Below are positions 17,743 to 26,869 of a DNA stretch of 27,746 nucleotides, piece by piece. Numbering within the stretch: the first letter of the stretch is position 1; every line of letters begins with the position of its first letter. The DNA lies in the IMG/VR virus record IMGVR_UViG_3300043218_000107, positions 1 through 27,746 of that record. One strand, 5' to 3'. The position numbers and the translations under genes were made by a program. Origin of the DNA: a virus. Taxonomy: Duplodnaviria; Caudoviricetes. The notes under the pieces are model-generated. The model saw only the letters and a program-made list of their open reading frames with translations, was not told the DNA's origin and did no database searches.

Positions 17743-19385
17743 CTGGTGCTGCTGAGGAAGGATGGGTTGATGTTAGTGGTCAAGCTTGGTGGGAACTTGA
17801 TGTTGGAGATTCCGAACAGGATCAAGGGAATGTTGTGTGGGATGGGACTCATGTAGTTCAAGTTAAAGCTAATGAAGCCTTTAGTCTTGATGCAAAATTA
17901 AGAAGTTGGCCGGATTCACCGCCAGAGTTACCTTGGACTCGTTATCTACGTCCATCAAGAATAAGATTTACTGTTAAAAATGCAGGTGGTGCTCTTATAA
18001 CCGTGACAGCTTCGGGTCTTACATTCGATAATGATGGTGAATTTATGCAAGCCTTTGAAGTTGGGGCTGTAAATCTTCCAGATGGACTTATTTTTGCTGT
18101 TGACCCACAACAACCAATAGTCGGTGATAGTGACCATATTCAATCCATAAGATTTTCCTATTTTACAGGGAGAATGGTACCTGGCGATAGAATTATAAAA
18201 ATTGAATTTAATTATGATCCTCTTGATCGTGTTGATTATACTAATATCTTTGTTGAAATTGATATACCAGAAGTTACAAGTCGAGTCAATTTTGTAACAA
18301 CTGGCAGCAAAAGTGATGGCACACCTGTTATTCAATGCTCACAGGATAATGGTTATAACGATTATCATGGTATCTGGAATGGGGAGTCATGGGATTATTA
18401 TTATTTACCTGTTACTTCTGGTCAATCACAACTCGATATTATTGGTTATGATGATTTTGATAATGTTCATTATATCCAATCTGGAACTCCTGGAAGCTTT
18501 AAGCGATGGTCTTGGAACCTAAGTTCTGGTTTCTATGACCAGGATATAGATTTTTCAATCCGTCCAGGAGATCAATGCTGGAATCCAGTTATAGGCCGTA
18601 TGGAAGCAGTTGATCCAGATGGATACAATCATTTTGTAACTCGTGGTCGAACAACCGAGGGTAGATATTTTATTAGCCATTATTATCAAGATGCTTCTGG
18701 TTGGCATCATGAAGAGATTTTTGATTTCGGAGATAATGATATTGAAAATTATCCTTGGTTTCATCAATATTGTTCTCATTTAGATATGGCTATCGACAGT
18801 TATGGAAAGGTTCATGTATTTGTAGAAATAGTTATGAGGGAACCCCCACTTTGGGGTCAATCACAAGCTTTAGGGTATATTACAAATTCACGAACAAGTG
18901 GATGGACTTCTCAAATATTAGAACCTTGGGGGACAGGTGTTGGGCGACTTGACTGCGCGGATATTTATGTTGATCGTGAAAATGATAATTATTTAACAGG
19001 TATAATTGGTAGTTTTCAGTTACCACTTCTTTTTATGGAAAAAGAATTTACCGCTACAGATTGGACTTATACTGAGATTTTACCTGGCACTGACCATGAT
19101 TATCTTCAATCTGTTAAAATCGGTGACATTTATCATCTTCTTGGGAATCAGCAGCAGCAGGGCTATTATTATATAAAAATGATGGATTATCTAAAATATG
19201 ATGGCCCAAATCATGAAATTATAGCTGAGAAGAGTATGTATACGCCAGGTGCACTTATAACTCAAAGACAGATGCTCTGGGAACAAGTTTCATATTATGT
19301 AAGAGATGGAAAGCCAATACTATGTACGCCTGGGGAATATTGGAATCCTCTCAATTATTTTAATGAACAGGAGATTAATGAATAA
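17619..19385 (+). CDS. Putative receptor-binding/adhesin protein, copy B
   Basis: 588 aa. First ~42 aa nearly identical to copy A; shares YYQDASGWH and C-terminal EINE. Confidence 0.55.
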   Translation: MAVIIIGEDGQAFYSPPELDAFTYYRDYILKRTFAEFLQLNPGAAEEGWVDVSGQAWWELDVGDSEQDQGNVVWDGTHVVQVKANEAFSLDAKLRSWPDSPPELPWTRYLRPSRIRFTVKNAGGALITVTASGLTFDNDGEFMQAFEVGAVNLPDGLIFAVDPQQPIVGDSDHIQSIRFSYFTGRMVPGDRIIKIEFNYDPLDRVDYTNIFVEIDIPEVTSRVNFVTTGSKSDGTPVIQCSQDNGYNDYHGIWNGESWDYYYLPVTSGQSQLDIIGYDDFDNVHYIQSGTPGSFKRWSWNLSSGFYDQDIDFSIRPGDQCWNPVIGRMEAVDPDGYNHFVTRGRTTEGRYFISHYYQDASGWHHEEIFDFGDNDIENYPWFHQYCSHLDMAIDSYGKVHVFVEIVMREPPLWGQSQALGYITNSRTSGWTSQILEPWGTGVGRLDCADIYVDRENDNYLTGIIGSFQLPLLFMEKEFTATDWTYTEILPGTDHDYLQSVKIGDIYHLLGNQQQQGYYYIKMMDYLKYDGPNHEIIAEKSMYTPGALITQRQMLWEQVSYYVRDGKPILCTPGEYWNPLNYFNEQEINE

Positions 19386-19816
19386 TGGCAAAATTTTTAG
19401 AATATGTTGAAGCAATGAATATTATTGAAGGTGATACCGAAGGCGATGGAACTATCTACCTTCAAATTCAAAGCAGAGGATATGGTATCCAAGGTAATAT
19501 TGCTATATTTGAATTTTATCCAATGACAGCAGATGCGATTGGAGCAAATTCAAATAAAGGTATAATACCAATTCCACTTGAAGTCTTTGCCACTAATCAA
19601 AATCAGGGTTACATTGAATTACCATTTCCTTCTATGGAAGCAGAAGGTGAAATTCGAACAGCCAGAGCACAAATATACTGGCCTGTTATACAAACTGATG
19701 GTTTTATGACTTTTGAACCTTGGGCATATCTAATACTTCCAACTTTTGAAGTTATTTGTTTCGGAAATCCAAATAGAATTTATGAACTTTGTTTAAACAC
19801 AAATGAAGGTTTGTAA
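19385..19816 (+). CDS. Hypothetical protein (tail module)
   Basis: 143 aa, TAATG-coupled to the genes on both sides. No recognised motif. Confidence 0.6.
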   Translation: MAKFLEYVEAMNIIEGDTEGDGTIYLQIQSRGYGIQGNIAIFEFYPMTADAIGANSNKGIIPIPLEVFATNQNQGYIELPFPSMEAEGEIRTARAQIYWPVIQTDGFMTFEPWAYLILPTFEVICFGNPNRIYELCLNTNEGL

Positions 19817-20979
19817 TGAAAGAATTTTTATCAAAAAAGAATGTTATCATTGTTAAAAAAGGAACCAAAATAATCAATGGTAAAGATACTGGACGACCTT
19901 GTCTGATTATTGGTGTTTCTAAAAAGGTTTCAAAAAAACAATTAAAATCTGAAGACCTGATTCCTCAAATCACTCGGGATGGTCAGGTAACTGATGTTAT
20001 TATCCAAAAGCCTTTTAAAGCTTTGAATCAGTGTTATGATCCTGATCCAGATGATGGTTGTCCATTACATACTGATAAAATTCGACCAATGATTGGTGGA
20101 ATCAGTATTGGGAGAGCCAGTCAAAATATTACGGGAACTGGTGGACTTCTTGTTGGAGATGCAACAGATGGTGCGCTTGTTTTTTTAACAAATAATCATG
20201 TTATTAATTTACAGTTTGATCCTAATTATGCTTTTCCTCTTGGTGGAAGTCTTGATCCAACAGTTATTAAAATGATTCAACCCTCGCTACTTGATGGTGG
20301 TTCCGAGACAGCTGAATTCTTAATTGGATGGGGTAAAAGATGTATTCCAATTCAATTTGGTTCTTTAGGCGAGAATCGTGTGGATGCTGGTATTATTGAT
20401 ATAAGTGATCTGTCAGAAACAATGACAGATGTTCTCCATAAACATGCTGGCCCATTTCCGTTTCTTGCTAATAATGAAATTAATCCTGGCGATATTCTTG
20501 AGAAAAGTGGAAGATCAACTGGAAATACATCTGGAGTCATTTCAGCTATTGATGTAGCAGCTAATGTTAATTATATTAATGACGACCCAGAGAATGTTGG
20601 ACAATTTGTTGGTCAAATTTTAATTGAAACTGCTGATCGTTATAGTATGTCAGGTGATTCCGGTTCAGTTTGTACAAGAAAAACTGGCGGAGCGCATAGA
20701 GTAGCAGGATTATTATTTGCTGGTAGCGAAGATGGTAAATCAACTCTTGTTAATCCAATGGGGTCAGTTGCTTCTGAATTGCAAATTGAATCTTGGGATG
20801 GGAATATTTCAATTGCTCCTGGGGCACTTCCTGTTCTTGCTGTTCATTATCGTTGTTATAATATTACTAATGACTTTATTCTTGGTGATGCTTCACATAT
20901 ATCTCAAACTGCTTTTGCTTCCTGTAACGAATGTTTAACATTCCAATTTAAAAGAAATATATTAGGAAACGTTATCTAA
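19816..20979 (+). CDS. Trypsin-like (S1 clan, NAL1-like) serine protease with N-terminal prodomain
   Basis: Catalytic triad motifs LTNNHV (His), VDAG (Asp) and GDSGS (Ser). Also RPMIGGISIG, TGTGG, KSGRSTG.T.G and VAGLLFAG. Prodomain-like VSKK.....L..EDLIP......TDV. Confidence 0.88.
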   Translation: MKEFLSKKNVIIVKKGTKIINGKDTGRPCLIIGVSKKVSKKQLKSEDLIPQITRDGQVTDVIIQKPFKALNQCYDPDPDDGCPLHTDKIRPMIGGISIGRASQNITGTGGLLVGDATDGALVFLTNNHVINLQFDPNYAFPLGGSLDPTVIKMIQPSLLDGGSETAEFLIGWGKRCIPIQFGSLGENRVDAGIIDISDLSETMTDVLHKHAGPFPFLANNEINPGDILEKSGRSTGNTSGVISAIDVAANVNYINDDPENVGQFVGQILIETADRYSMSGDSGSVCTRKTGGAHRVAGLLFAGSEDGKSTLVNPMGSVASELQIESWDGNISIAPGALPVLAVHYRCYNITNDFILGDASHISQTAFASCNECLTFQFKRNILGNVI

Positions 20980-23435
20980 TGGCTAAATCACTTACCGGTC
21001 CGGCAGAAACAAAGGTTCAGACACCGTTAGGAACTGAACCTTTACTGATTTTGAAAATCGAATGGTCTTCTGGAACAAAGTACTATGCTACCAAAGAATA
21101 TACCTTTGATGGTAATACTTGTGTTGCAGGTATCCTTGACCATGTATCAATAAATACTGACGGTAAACAAGGGTCTATTGGTGAAATAGGGTCAATTGAT
21201 ATATTACTCGATGATACAGACGGTGATTTGAAAAATCGGGTTAATACTGACGTTATTGAAGGAACACGCGCAACCGCATACCATCATTATGATGATCTTG
21301 CAGCAGCTAATGCAATAGTTCAACTTGCAGGCAGAATTGCCGGTCCAATTAACTGGAGTGAAGGAGAAAGAACTTTAGGATTTAGCATTGAGTCTTTAAG
21401 TGGGACAGGAACAGGTGAAGTCGGCTTTGCTCCAGAAGAAGATTCAATTAACAATATGCTTGAAGAAGCAGAGAATGTTCCTTGGCCAATTTGTTTTGGT
21501 AGTCCTCGGATGGTTCCGCCTGTGTTAGTCCAAGAACGTGAACATGATCAGGATTGGATTGATGATTATCCTGATGAACCAATAAATTATGATCTAATTT
21601 ATATTGTAAATCTTAAAACATCAAGTGCTGTTCAAAGTGTTTATGCGCGTCGTAATTGCTATGGGGTTCCTGGGTTCTTTAAAGTTCCAACAGAATATTA
21701 TGATGTGGATACAAGTTACAGTTATGGTGGCAAAACTGTAACTGCAATTACGATGCCAGTTCCATTATCAACTGTCGATGATAGTGGTTGGGATAATGAA
21801 ATTTATGTTAATTTAACTTCATCAATATCAAAAAACCCAATCACCCAAATCAAATGGATTATTGATAATTACTCCACAAATTTAACAGCTGATTCTACAA
21901 GTTTCACATCTGTGGCAAGTAAAATTTCTCCGCTATGGGCGCATTGGACTTTATTTGATCAACCTGATGCTTTGAAACTCGCAGAGGAAATGGCATGGAT
22001 GGCAAGGTGTGCGTTATTTGTAAAAGATGATATTGTTTATATTACATTTCTTGCTGAAACTCCTGCAACAGTTGCCGATATAAACCGTGATATTGTTGAA
22101 TTAAAAACAATGGAACTCGGATTTACTGAAACCGAAGATATTTATACCAAGTTAAAAGGAACATATGTTACTGATTATTCTGGTGTAAAAGAATCTCAAA
22201 AAGAATTTACTTACACTCTTAATACAGATAAGTTTGGAACAGAAGAAGATGAATTTGATTTTTATATGTATTGTAATAAGGAATGTGTCCAAGTGGCTAC
22301 AACCTTTTGGGGATACCGATATGCAAACAGTTGGCGTCAGATACAAGTGACAGCTTTTTTGCCTGGAATTGTCTTAGAATCTTATGACTGGATGAATATT
22401 GATATTCCACAGTTTAGTATCAATGCTTTACCAGGACTTGTTAGATCAACAAAACATGATACGGGAAATCATCGAATTGATATTGCTGCTGAAATTGCTT
22501 CCAGTGCTGGACAAAGTGCAAGTGGTGAACCTACTTTAGATGCTGGATATTATCAAGCAGGAAATAATCATATACCTGGATCAGTTGGAACACCCTCAGT
22601 CTCTGCTGATATTATAGATACGTGTGAACCTATAATTGACGGAGATACAATTACAAATATTATTAATGAAGCTGATACTGAATGTCGAAATGCCAGAATC
22701 GTTGGTGGTCAATCATCTGGTTGGTTATGCCATGAAATTGTAGGAATGGAACGTGACTACCACGATGATCAAAATAATATTTTATTACTCGATACTCCAT
22801 CAAAAAATAGTTTATCACCTGATAAAGTAGCCTTTACAACACCCGACAGTATTTTTGGGAGTCAAGTAGGTTGTTGCTATGTAGCGAGTAGTCCACAATG
22901 GGTTGACTATGACCTTAATCCGCATACCCATCCTGGTTGGAGTGATGATCAAAGAACCCATGTTGACGATAAAGTTGGAACAGTTAAAGGTGTAAAAGAA
23001 TTATCAAAAATATCAACAGGTTTCAAGGTTGTTGGAGTTGATGGTGGCGAAATTGCAGTAGTTAATGATTCTGTTGATCCAAAACTTGAATTAATTAAAG
23101 CCACCGAACATATTGATCCTTGGAAACCAGTAGAAATAAATGGTCAATATAGTGGTGATGCTAAAGAAGTTAAAAAACCTTCTGAGAATAGTCTTCCTCC
23201 AGGTCGAATAATGTTTCCTGTTCAGGAATTAAATGCTGGTGAAGAAGGTTTGGCATATAATGCTTTTGATGCAGGTGGTTGGCCAGACGGAGGGCAACCT
23301 TCGGCACTTGGCGTTGAATTAGGAACTATTGCCGGTAGTTTTGAAATGGCAGAAGAAGATGGTGATGGAAATCCACTAACAGGATTCATATATACTGGAA
23401 GGAAAGGGGGTAAAAATCAAGTCCGCCCTTTCTAA
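20979..23435 (+). CDS. Large tail-tip/baseplate hub-like protein
   Basis: 818 aa, beta-rich. PWPICFG.P..VP and NPI..I motifs are reminiscent of tail-tip (gpJ-like) proteins. Position at the end of the tail module. Confidence 0.6.
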   Translation: MAKSLTGPAETKVQTPLGTEPLLILKIEWSSGTKYYATKEYTFDGNTCVAGILDHVSINTDGKQGSIGEIGSIDILLDDTDGDLKNRVNTDVIEGTRATAYHHYDDLAAANAIVQLAGRIAGPINWSEGERTLGFSIESLSGTGTGEVGFAPEEDSINNMLEEAENVPWPICFGSPRMVPPVLVQEREHDQDWIDDYPDEPINYDLIYIVNLKTSSAVQSVYARRNCYGVPGFFKVPTEYYDVDTSYSYGGKTVTAITMPVPLSTVDDSGWDNEIYVNLTSSISKNPITQIKWIIDNYSTNLTADSTSFTSVASKISPLWAHWTLFDQPDALKLAEEMAWMARCALFVKDDIVYITFLAETPATVADINRDIVELKTMELGFTETEDIYTKLKGTYVTDYSGVKESQKEFTYTLNTDKFGTEEDEFDFYMYCNKECVQVATTFWGYRYANSWRQIQVTAFLPGIVLESYDWMNIDIPQFSINALPGLVRSTKHDTGNHRIDIAAEIASSAGQSASGEPTLDAGYYQAGNNHIPGSVGTPSVSADIIDTCEPIIDGDTITNIINEADTECRNARIVGGQSSGWLCHEIVGMERDYHDDQNNILLLDTPSKNSLSPDKVAFTTPDSIFGSQVGCCYVASSPQWVDYDLNPHTHPGWSDDQRTHVDDKVGTVKGVKELSKISTGFKVVGVDGGEIAVVNDSVDPKLELIKATEHIDPWKPVEINGQYSGDAKEVKKPSENSLPPGRIMFPVQELNAGEEGLAYNAFDAGGWPDGGQPSALGVELGTIAGSFEMAEEDGDGNPLTGFIYTGRKGGKNQVRPF

Positions 23436-24763
23436 GGAGACAGATATCTTATTGGGTCTGTCTCCTTGCCACAGAAATATTTCACAATTGGAATGGTAAT
23501 ATTTGGGCTTCAAAAGCATTTCAATGGCCATATGAATGTTGGAATAATGGTGCTTGTTTTGGTGAACCTGACGATTTATTTAAGTATGTCTACATCAAAA
23601 TAGCAAATGGATGGCCTGTTCAAATACCTGAGGAAGAGATTTCGCAAATCAGGAATCTTCAATTCTCACATAATATAAATTTACACCGATTATGGTGGAG
23701 AAAACATGCTTGGACACCACAACCGCGTAGAGAATTTTTTCCTCCATATGGGGGAGATTGTACAAGTTCTGCTAATATTACTCCACATACTCGGATTGAT
23801 CCAATTGAAAGTGTATATTTACAATTACCAAATACCCAAGAACTTAGAACTTTTATTACAGCCATTTCGATAAATGCTGTATCAAGTAATGATGCCATTG
23901 GTCATTATTTTAATATTGCAGATTCATGGATTGATGTTTTACTTCAAAAAAGAGTATGGATATCAAATCCTCTTATTCCAGAAGGGGGATATTGGGGGCC
24001 GTGGGAGTATGATACTCAATGGAGAGCTTATGGACAATTGGGTGGTACTGTTGATATTTGGGATGTTTCTCAATTTATGCAAAATCAATATAGTACATGG
24101 CCGCCTCAAGATACTGATACCAGAGAATATAGAACGTTTCTTTGTGATCATGAAACAACTAATTCTCCAGGATTAGTGAATTATCATAATATAAACAATG
24201 TTAATGATGTTTATAGCACAAATTCAGCAAATGAAGATGAAACAGCATCATATCCATTCAAGGATGTTTGGTCTGGATTTGCATATGAAGAAGATGAACT
24301 AAATGAAACCGTAATGGATATGGTTGGCCCACGGCTAAGAAAATTTAGGATTGAACAAAGAAATAATTATCATCGTTTTTGGTTGGGGTTTGGTGACGGT
24401 GATCCTGATGTTAGTGGTGGTCTTGCAGATATTGTTGGAGATAATTGGGATTCGAGAGCATATACATTTGTTTTTGATTTGAAAGCTGATAGAACATTAG
24501 AAGAAATTTCCTATGGAACAGGTATTTCTTGGCCAACTTTTGATAATGATGATGTTCTTTATGATAGTACATTAAGGACAAATAAAGGGGTACAATTCAA
24601 TCCTATTTCACCTTTTGACGTTATGGGAGAAGAAGGAACAACAGAGATTTTCAGAATCATTGATGATGAACGACAATCTTTTAGAAATAGAGGATTTTCT
24701 GATCAGTATATAAATTGGGAATCTGTTGAAGCATTGGTTAAGAAACCACCGGTGATAACATAA
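23426..24763 (+). CDS. -1 frameshift extension of the tail-tip protein (about 443 extra aa)
   Basis: Frame is open from 23414 to TAA 24761-24763 with no ATG/GTG/TTG until 24038. Slippery C CCT TTC at 23426-23432 sits directly before the stop of the upstream gene, and an 11-bp hairpin follows. Confidence 0.72.
   Translation, partial: PFLRRQISYWVCLLATEIFHNWNGNIWASKAFQWPYECWNNGACFGEPDDLFKYVYIKIANGWPVQIPEEEISQIRNLQFSHNINLHRLWWRKHAWTPQPRREFFPPYGGDCTSSANITPHTRIDPIESVYLQLPNTQELRTFITAISINAVSSNDAIGHYFNIADSWIDVLLQKRVWISNPLIPEGGYWGPWEYDTQWRAYGQLGGTVDIWDVSQFMQNQYSTWPPQDTDTREYRTFLCDHETTNSPGLVNYHNINNVNDVYSTNSANEDETASYPFKDVWSGFAYEEDELNETVMDMVGPRLRKFRIEQRNNYHRFWLGFGDGDPDVSGGLADIVGDNWDSRAYTFVFDLKADRTLEEISYGTGISWPTFDNDDVLYDSTLRTNKGVQFNPISPFDVMGEEGTTEIFRIIDDERQSFRNRGFSDQYINWESVEALVKKPPVIT
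23434..23467 (+). promoter_or_regulatory. Stem-loop, probable frameshift stimulator
   Basis: AAGGAGACAGA (23434-23444) and TCTGTCTCCTT (23457-23467) form a perfect inverted repeat with a 12-nt loop and no U-tract. Confidence 0.65.
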
Positions 24764-24972
24764 TGACACCTGATTGGGCGACTATATTGGATGCTTTTAA
24801 ATTCTCACCGGCTATTATTGCTCTATTAATAGTAATTTATCTGCTTTACAAACTTTTAGTCAAAAAGGAGGAGTCGATTCATAAGATTATTAAATTAGAT
24901 GAAGATTCTGAAAAACGTAATGAGAAAATTATAACTTTACTCGAAGTGCTTGTGAATCGAAGAGGACAATGA
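24763..24972 (+). CDS. Small membrane protein, holin/antiholin-like
   Basis: One TM helix (AIIALLIVIYLLYKLLV) plus a charged coiled-coil C-terminus. Confidence 0.5.
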   Translation: MTPDWATILDAFKFSPAIIALLIVIYLLYKLLVKKEESIHKIIKLDEDSEKRNEKIITLLEVLVNRRGQ

Positions 24973-25190
24973 TTAAAACAATTAAGAAAATAATTGCGTC
25001 TATTCAGATGGTTGACGACTATCTTGCATTAAAGAAAACTAATGGGGAAATGATGGATCGTCGATTAGCTCAAATTTTTCATGCGACTATGAACGGAGAA
25101 CAGGGATGGTTTCTTGATCTGGTCAGGAAAAATCCTGAATGTGCAATAGAGATAATACATGAGTGTGATACAAATGATAAATCTGATTAA
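24969..25190 (+). CDS. Hypothetical protein
   Basis: 73 aa, GAGGA RBS, ATGA overlap. Confidence 0.55.
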   Translation: MIKTIKKIIASIQMVDDYLALKKTNGEMMDRRLAQIFHATMNGEQGWFLDLVRKNPECAIEIIHECDTNDKSD

Positions 25191-25590
25191 TTTTATTTGG
25201 GATTTTGGAACTCTTTCTCTAATTATTCCAACAATAATTTGCCTATATGGATTTATTCTATTTGCATGGTGGTGGCGTAGAATTGGTTCAGCTACTGAAG
25301 TCTATGCTTATATGACATTTTTATATCTAACAGCAACAATACCACTTGGTGTAGGTGTCTGGCAACGATGGTTATATCATAATCAACCTGAATTTCATGA
25401 TTATTATATTCATTCAAATTGGTATGGTATTAGAACTATTCCATTAATTATTGCTTTAATTTTAATTACTGGAAGAATGACTCAACGAGTAATAAGAACA
25501 AGACAATATGAAAAAGGTAAAAAGAAAGATCGTCGCGAAGCTCCCTATACTGTTTGTAATGATTCCTCAAATCAGCCCAATAATAATTAA
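25159..25590 (+). CDS. Multi-pass membrane protein
   Basis: About three hydrophobic helices and a basic C-terminus. The start may instead be ATG 25174. Confidence 0.6.
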   Translation: MSVIQMINLINFIWDFGTLSLIIPTIICLYGFILFAWWWRRIGSATEVYAYMTFLYLTATIPLGVGVWQRWLYHNQPEFHDYYIHSNWYGIRTIPLIIALILITGRMTQRVIRTRQYEKGKKKDRREAPYTVCNDSSNQPNNN

Positions 25591-25604
25591 ATAGGAGGTA
25601 AAAA

Positions 25605-25955
25605 ATGGTCGAAGCATTAATTAAAGCTATGGTGGTGAAGTTTGAACCATCAAGTAGTCTTGGTGTGGTTGGGTATGTGATGTACTTGGAAATGATGCCG
25701 AATTTAGTGACAAGAGGTTCCATAAAGATTTTCCTTGGTATACCGCCTATTGATCCAGCCGATGGTAAAATGTATGTTAATCTTGCAGAACTTGAAAACA
25801 TTCCAACAACTGACGGGCATTATAATATCGGTATTTCAGCTTTTGATGATTCGAGTAATGAATCAGCTTTCTCGAAGGCAGATAATGTCCCTTTAAGTTT
25901 TGATGCTCCTGATGCTCCGGGCGATCTGACGTTCGGGAATATAGCACCGGCTTAA
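25605..25955 (+). CDS. Fibronectin type III-like/Ig-like small protein
   Basis: AGGAGGT RBS. Pattern F.PS.S..VVGY..Y...G.Y.I.ISAFD...NES..S...AP.AP is typical of stand-alone Fn3 domains. Confidence 0.6.
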   Translation: MVEALIKAMVVKFEPSSSLGVVGYVMYLEMMPNLVTRGSIKIFLGIPPIDPADGKMYVNLAELENIPTTDGHYNIGISAFDDSSNESAFSKADNVPLSFDAPDAPGDLTFGNIAPA

Positions 25956-25987
25956 ATTCGGATAGCCATAGAAAGGAGGTGAACTAA

Positions 25988-26290
25988 ATGGAAGAAGTAA
26001 CTTTTGGACAGTATGCTGTTCCTGTGATATTGACTGTTATTTTGGGATTGGTTTATAAAATGGTAACGACAATTCCTGACAAATGGAAATCTTTGATCGC
26101 TGTTGGTTGCGGCATTGGTTTGGGTATGATCGCAATACCTTATAATTCATTGCCGTTTACAGTAGTCAATATCGTAGACCATGCAATTTATGGTCTGATG
26201 ACAGGGGCGTCCGCGGTTGGCTTGTGGGAATTATCGCGGACAGTAATAAAACCGCGCAACGGCGGAACACCGCCACCTAAAATCCCGTAG
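25988..26290 (+). CDS. Putative holin
   Basis: AAGGAGGT RBS. Three short TM segments, IPDKWK.LI and G...GASAVGL.E motifs, and a basic C-terminus. Confidence 0.68.
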   Translation: MEEVTFGQYAVPVILTVILGLVYKMVTTIPDKWKSLIAVGCGIGLGMIAIPYNSLPFTVVNIVDHAIYGLMTGASAVGLWELSRTVIKPRNGGTPPPKIP

Positions 26291-26317
26291 ATAAAGGGAT
26301 CACGTTAAGGAGGAAAG

Positions 26318-26668
26318 ATGATTAAGCGCTCGATTGTATTGGTTATTGCAATTTTTCTGCTTGTAGGTATAGGTTGCGCCACTTATGAAGACCCTGTTAT
26401 GCAGCAGAAAGATATTTATCTGCAAGCGCGTAAGCATTTCAATGACTCGCTTATTCAGCTGAACACCATGATCAAGATGCAGCCTGTCGAACAAAAGGAT
26501 GCACTCAAAGCTGAGTTTGCACCTTATGTTGACGCAATGAGTACAACCCTAAATACTTGGGGTCTTGTGGTCAAACAAGGAAATATTAATGATACCGAAG
26601 AAAGGAGGGCCTTTCAAGAAGCGAAAGCACAACTGTTGGCAGAATTAAGTAAATACCTTACTAAATAG
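26318..26668 (+). CDS. Lipoprotein (possible spanin-like component)
   Basis: AAGGAGG RBS. Signal peptide MIKRSIVLVIAIFLLVGIG-C (lipobox-like) and a helical mature part. Directly follows the holin. Confidence 0.6.
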   Translation: MIKRSIVLVIAIFLLVGIGCATYEDPVMQQKDIYLQARKHFNDSLIQLNTMIKMQPVEQKDALKAEFAPYVDAMSTTLNTWGLVVKQGNINDTEERRAFQEAKAQLLAELSKYLTK

Positions 26669-26679
26669 GAGGTGAAAAC

Positions 26680-26856
26680 ATGTTAACTGGAGCCGAAGCT
26701 ACGCTGCTTTCTTTAATTATAAGTAAAGCAGTGGACGTTGGAATGGAACTCTACAACAAGAAGGCCAAAACCTTGACTCCTGAGGAGATGGATACAGCAA
26801 TCGCTGACGAGGAAGGTTTGACCAAAGACCTTGTTGACGAGTTTCACGCTCTGTAA
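26680..26856 (+). CDS. Small protein (58 aa, not in ORF track)
   Basis: AGGAGGTG RBS. Translates as MLTGAEATLLSLIISKAVDVGMELYNKKAKTLTPEEMDTAIADEEGLTKDLVDEFHAL and fills the gap after the lipoprotein. Confidence 0.75.
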   Translation: MLTGAEATLLSLIISKAVDVGMELYNKKAKTLTPEEMDTAIADEEGLTKDLVDEFHAL

Positions 26857-26869
26857 AGAGAAACAATTA

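Noticed and set aside
15893-19385. Diversity-generating retroelement or invertase shufflon acting on the duplicated adhesins
   Set aside because: There is no reverse transcriptase or recombinase in the window. The repeats are direct, and their differences are mostly synonymous rather than adenine-specific.
25889-25903. Slippery-looking C CCT TTA in the Fn3-like gene
   Set aside because: The -1 frame stops within three codons (AAG TTT TGA), and the 0 frame continues with a sensible AP.AP tail.
2205-26494. Numerous short minus-strand and alternate-frame ORFs in the track
   Set aside because: They lie within long, well-supported + strand genes and show no recognisable motifs, so I treated them as shadow ORFs.
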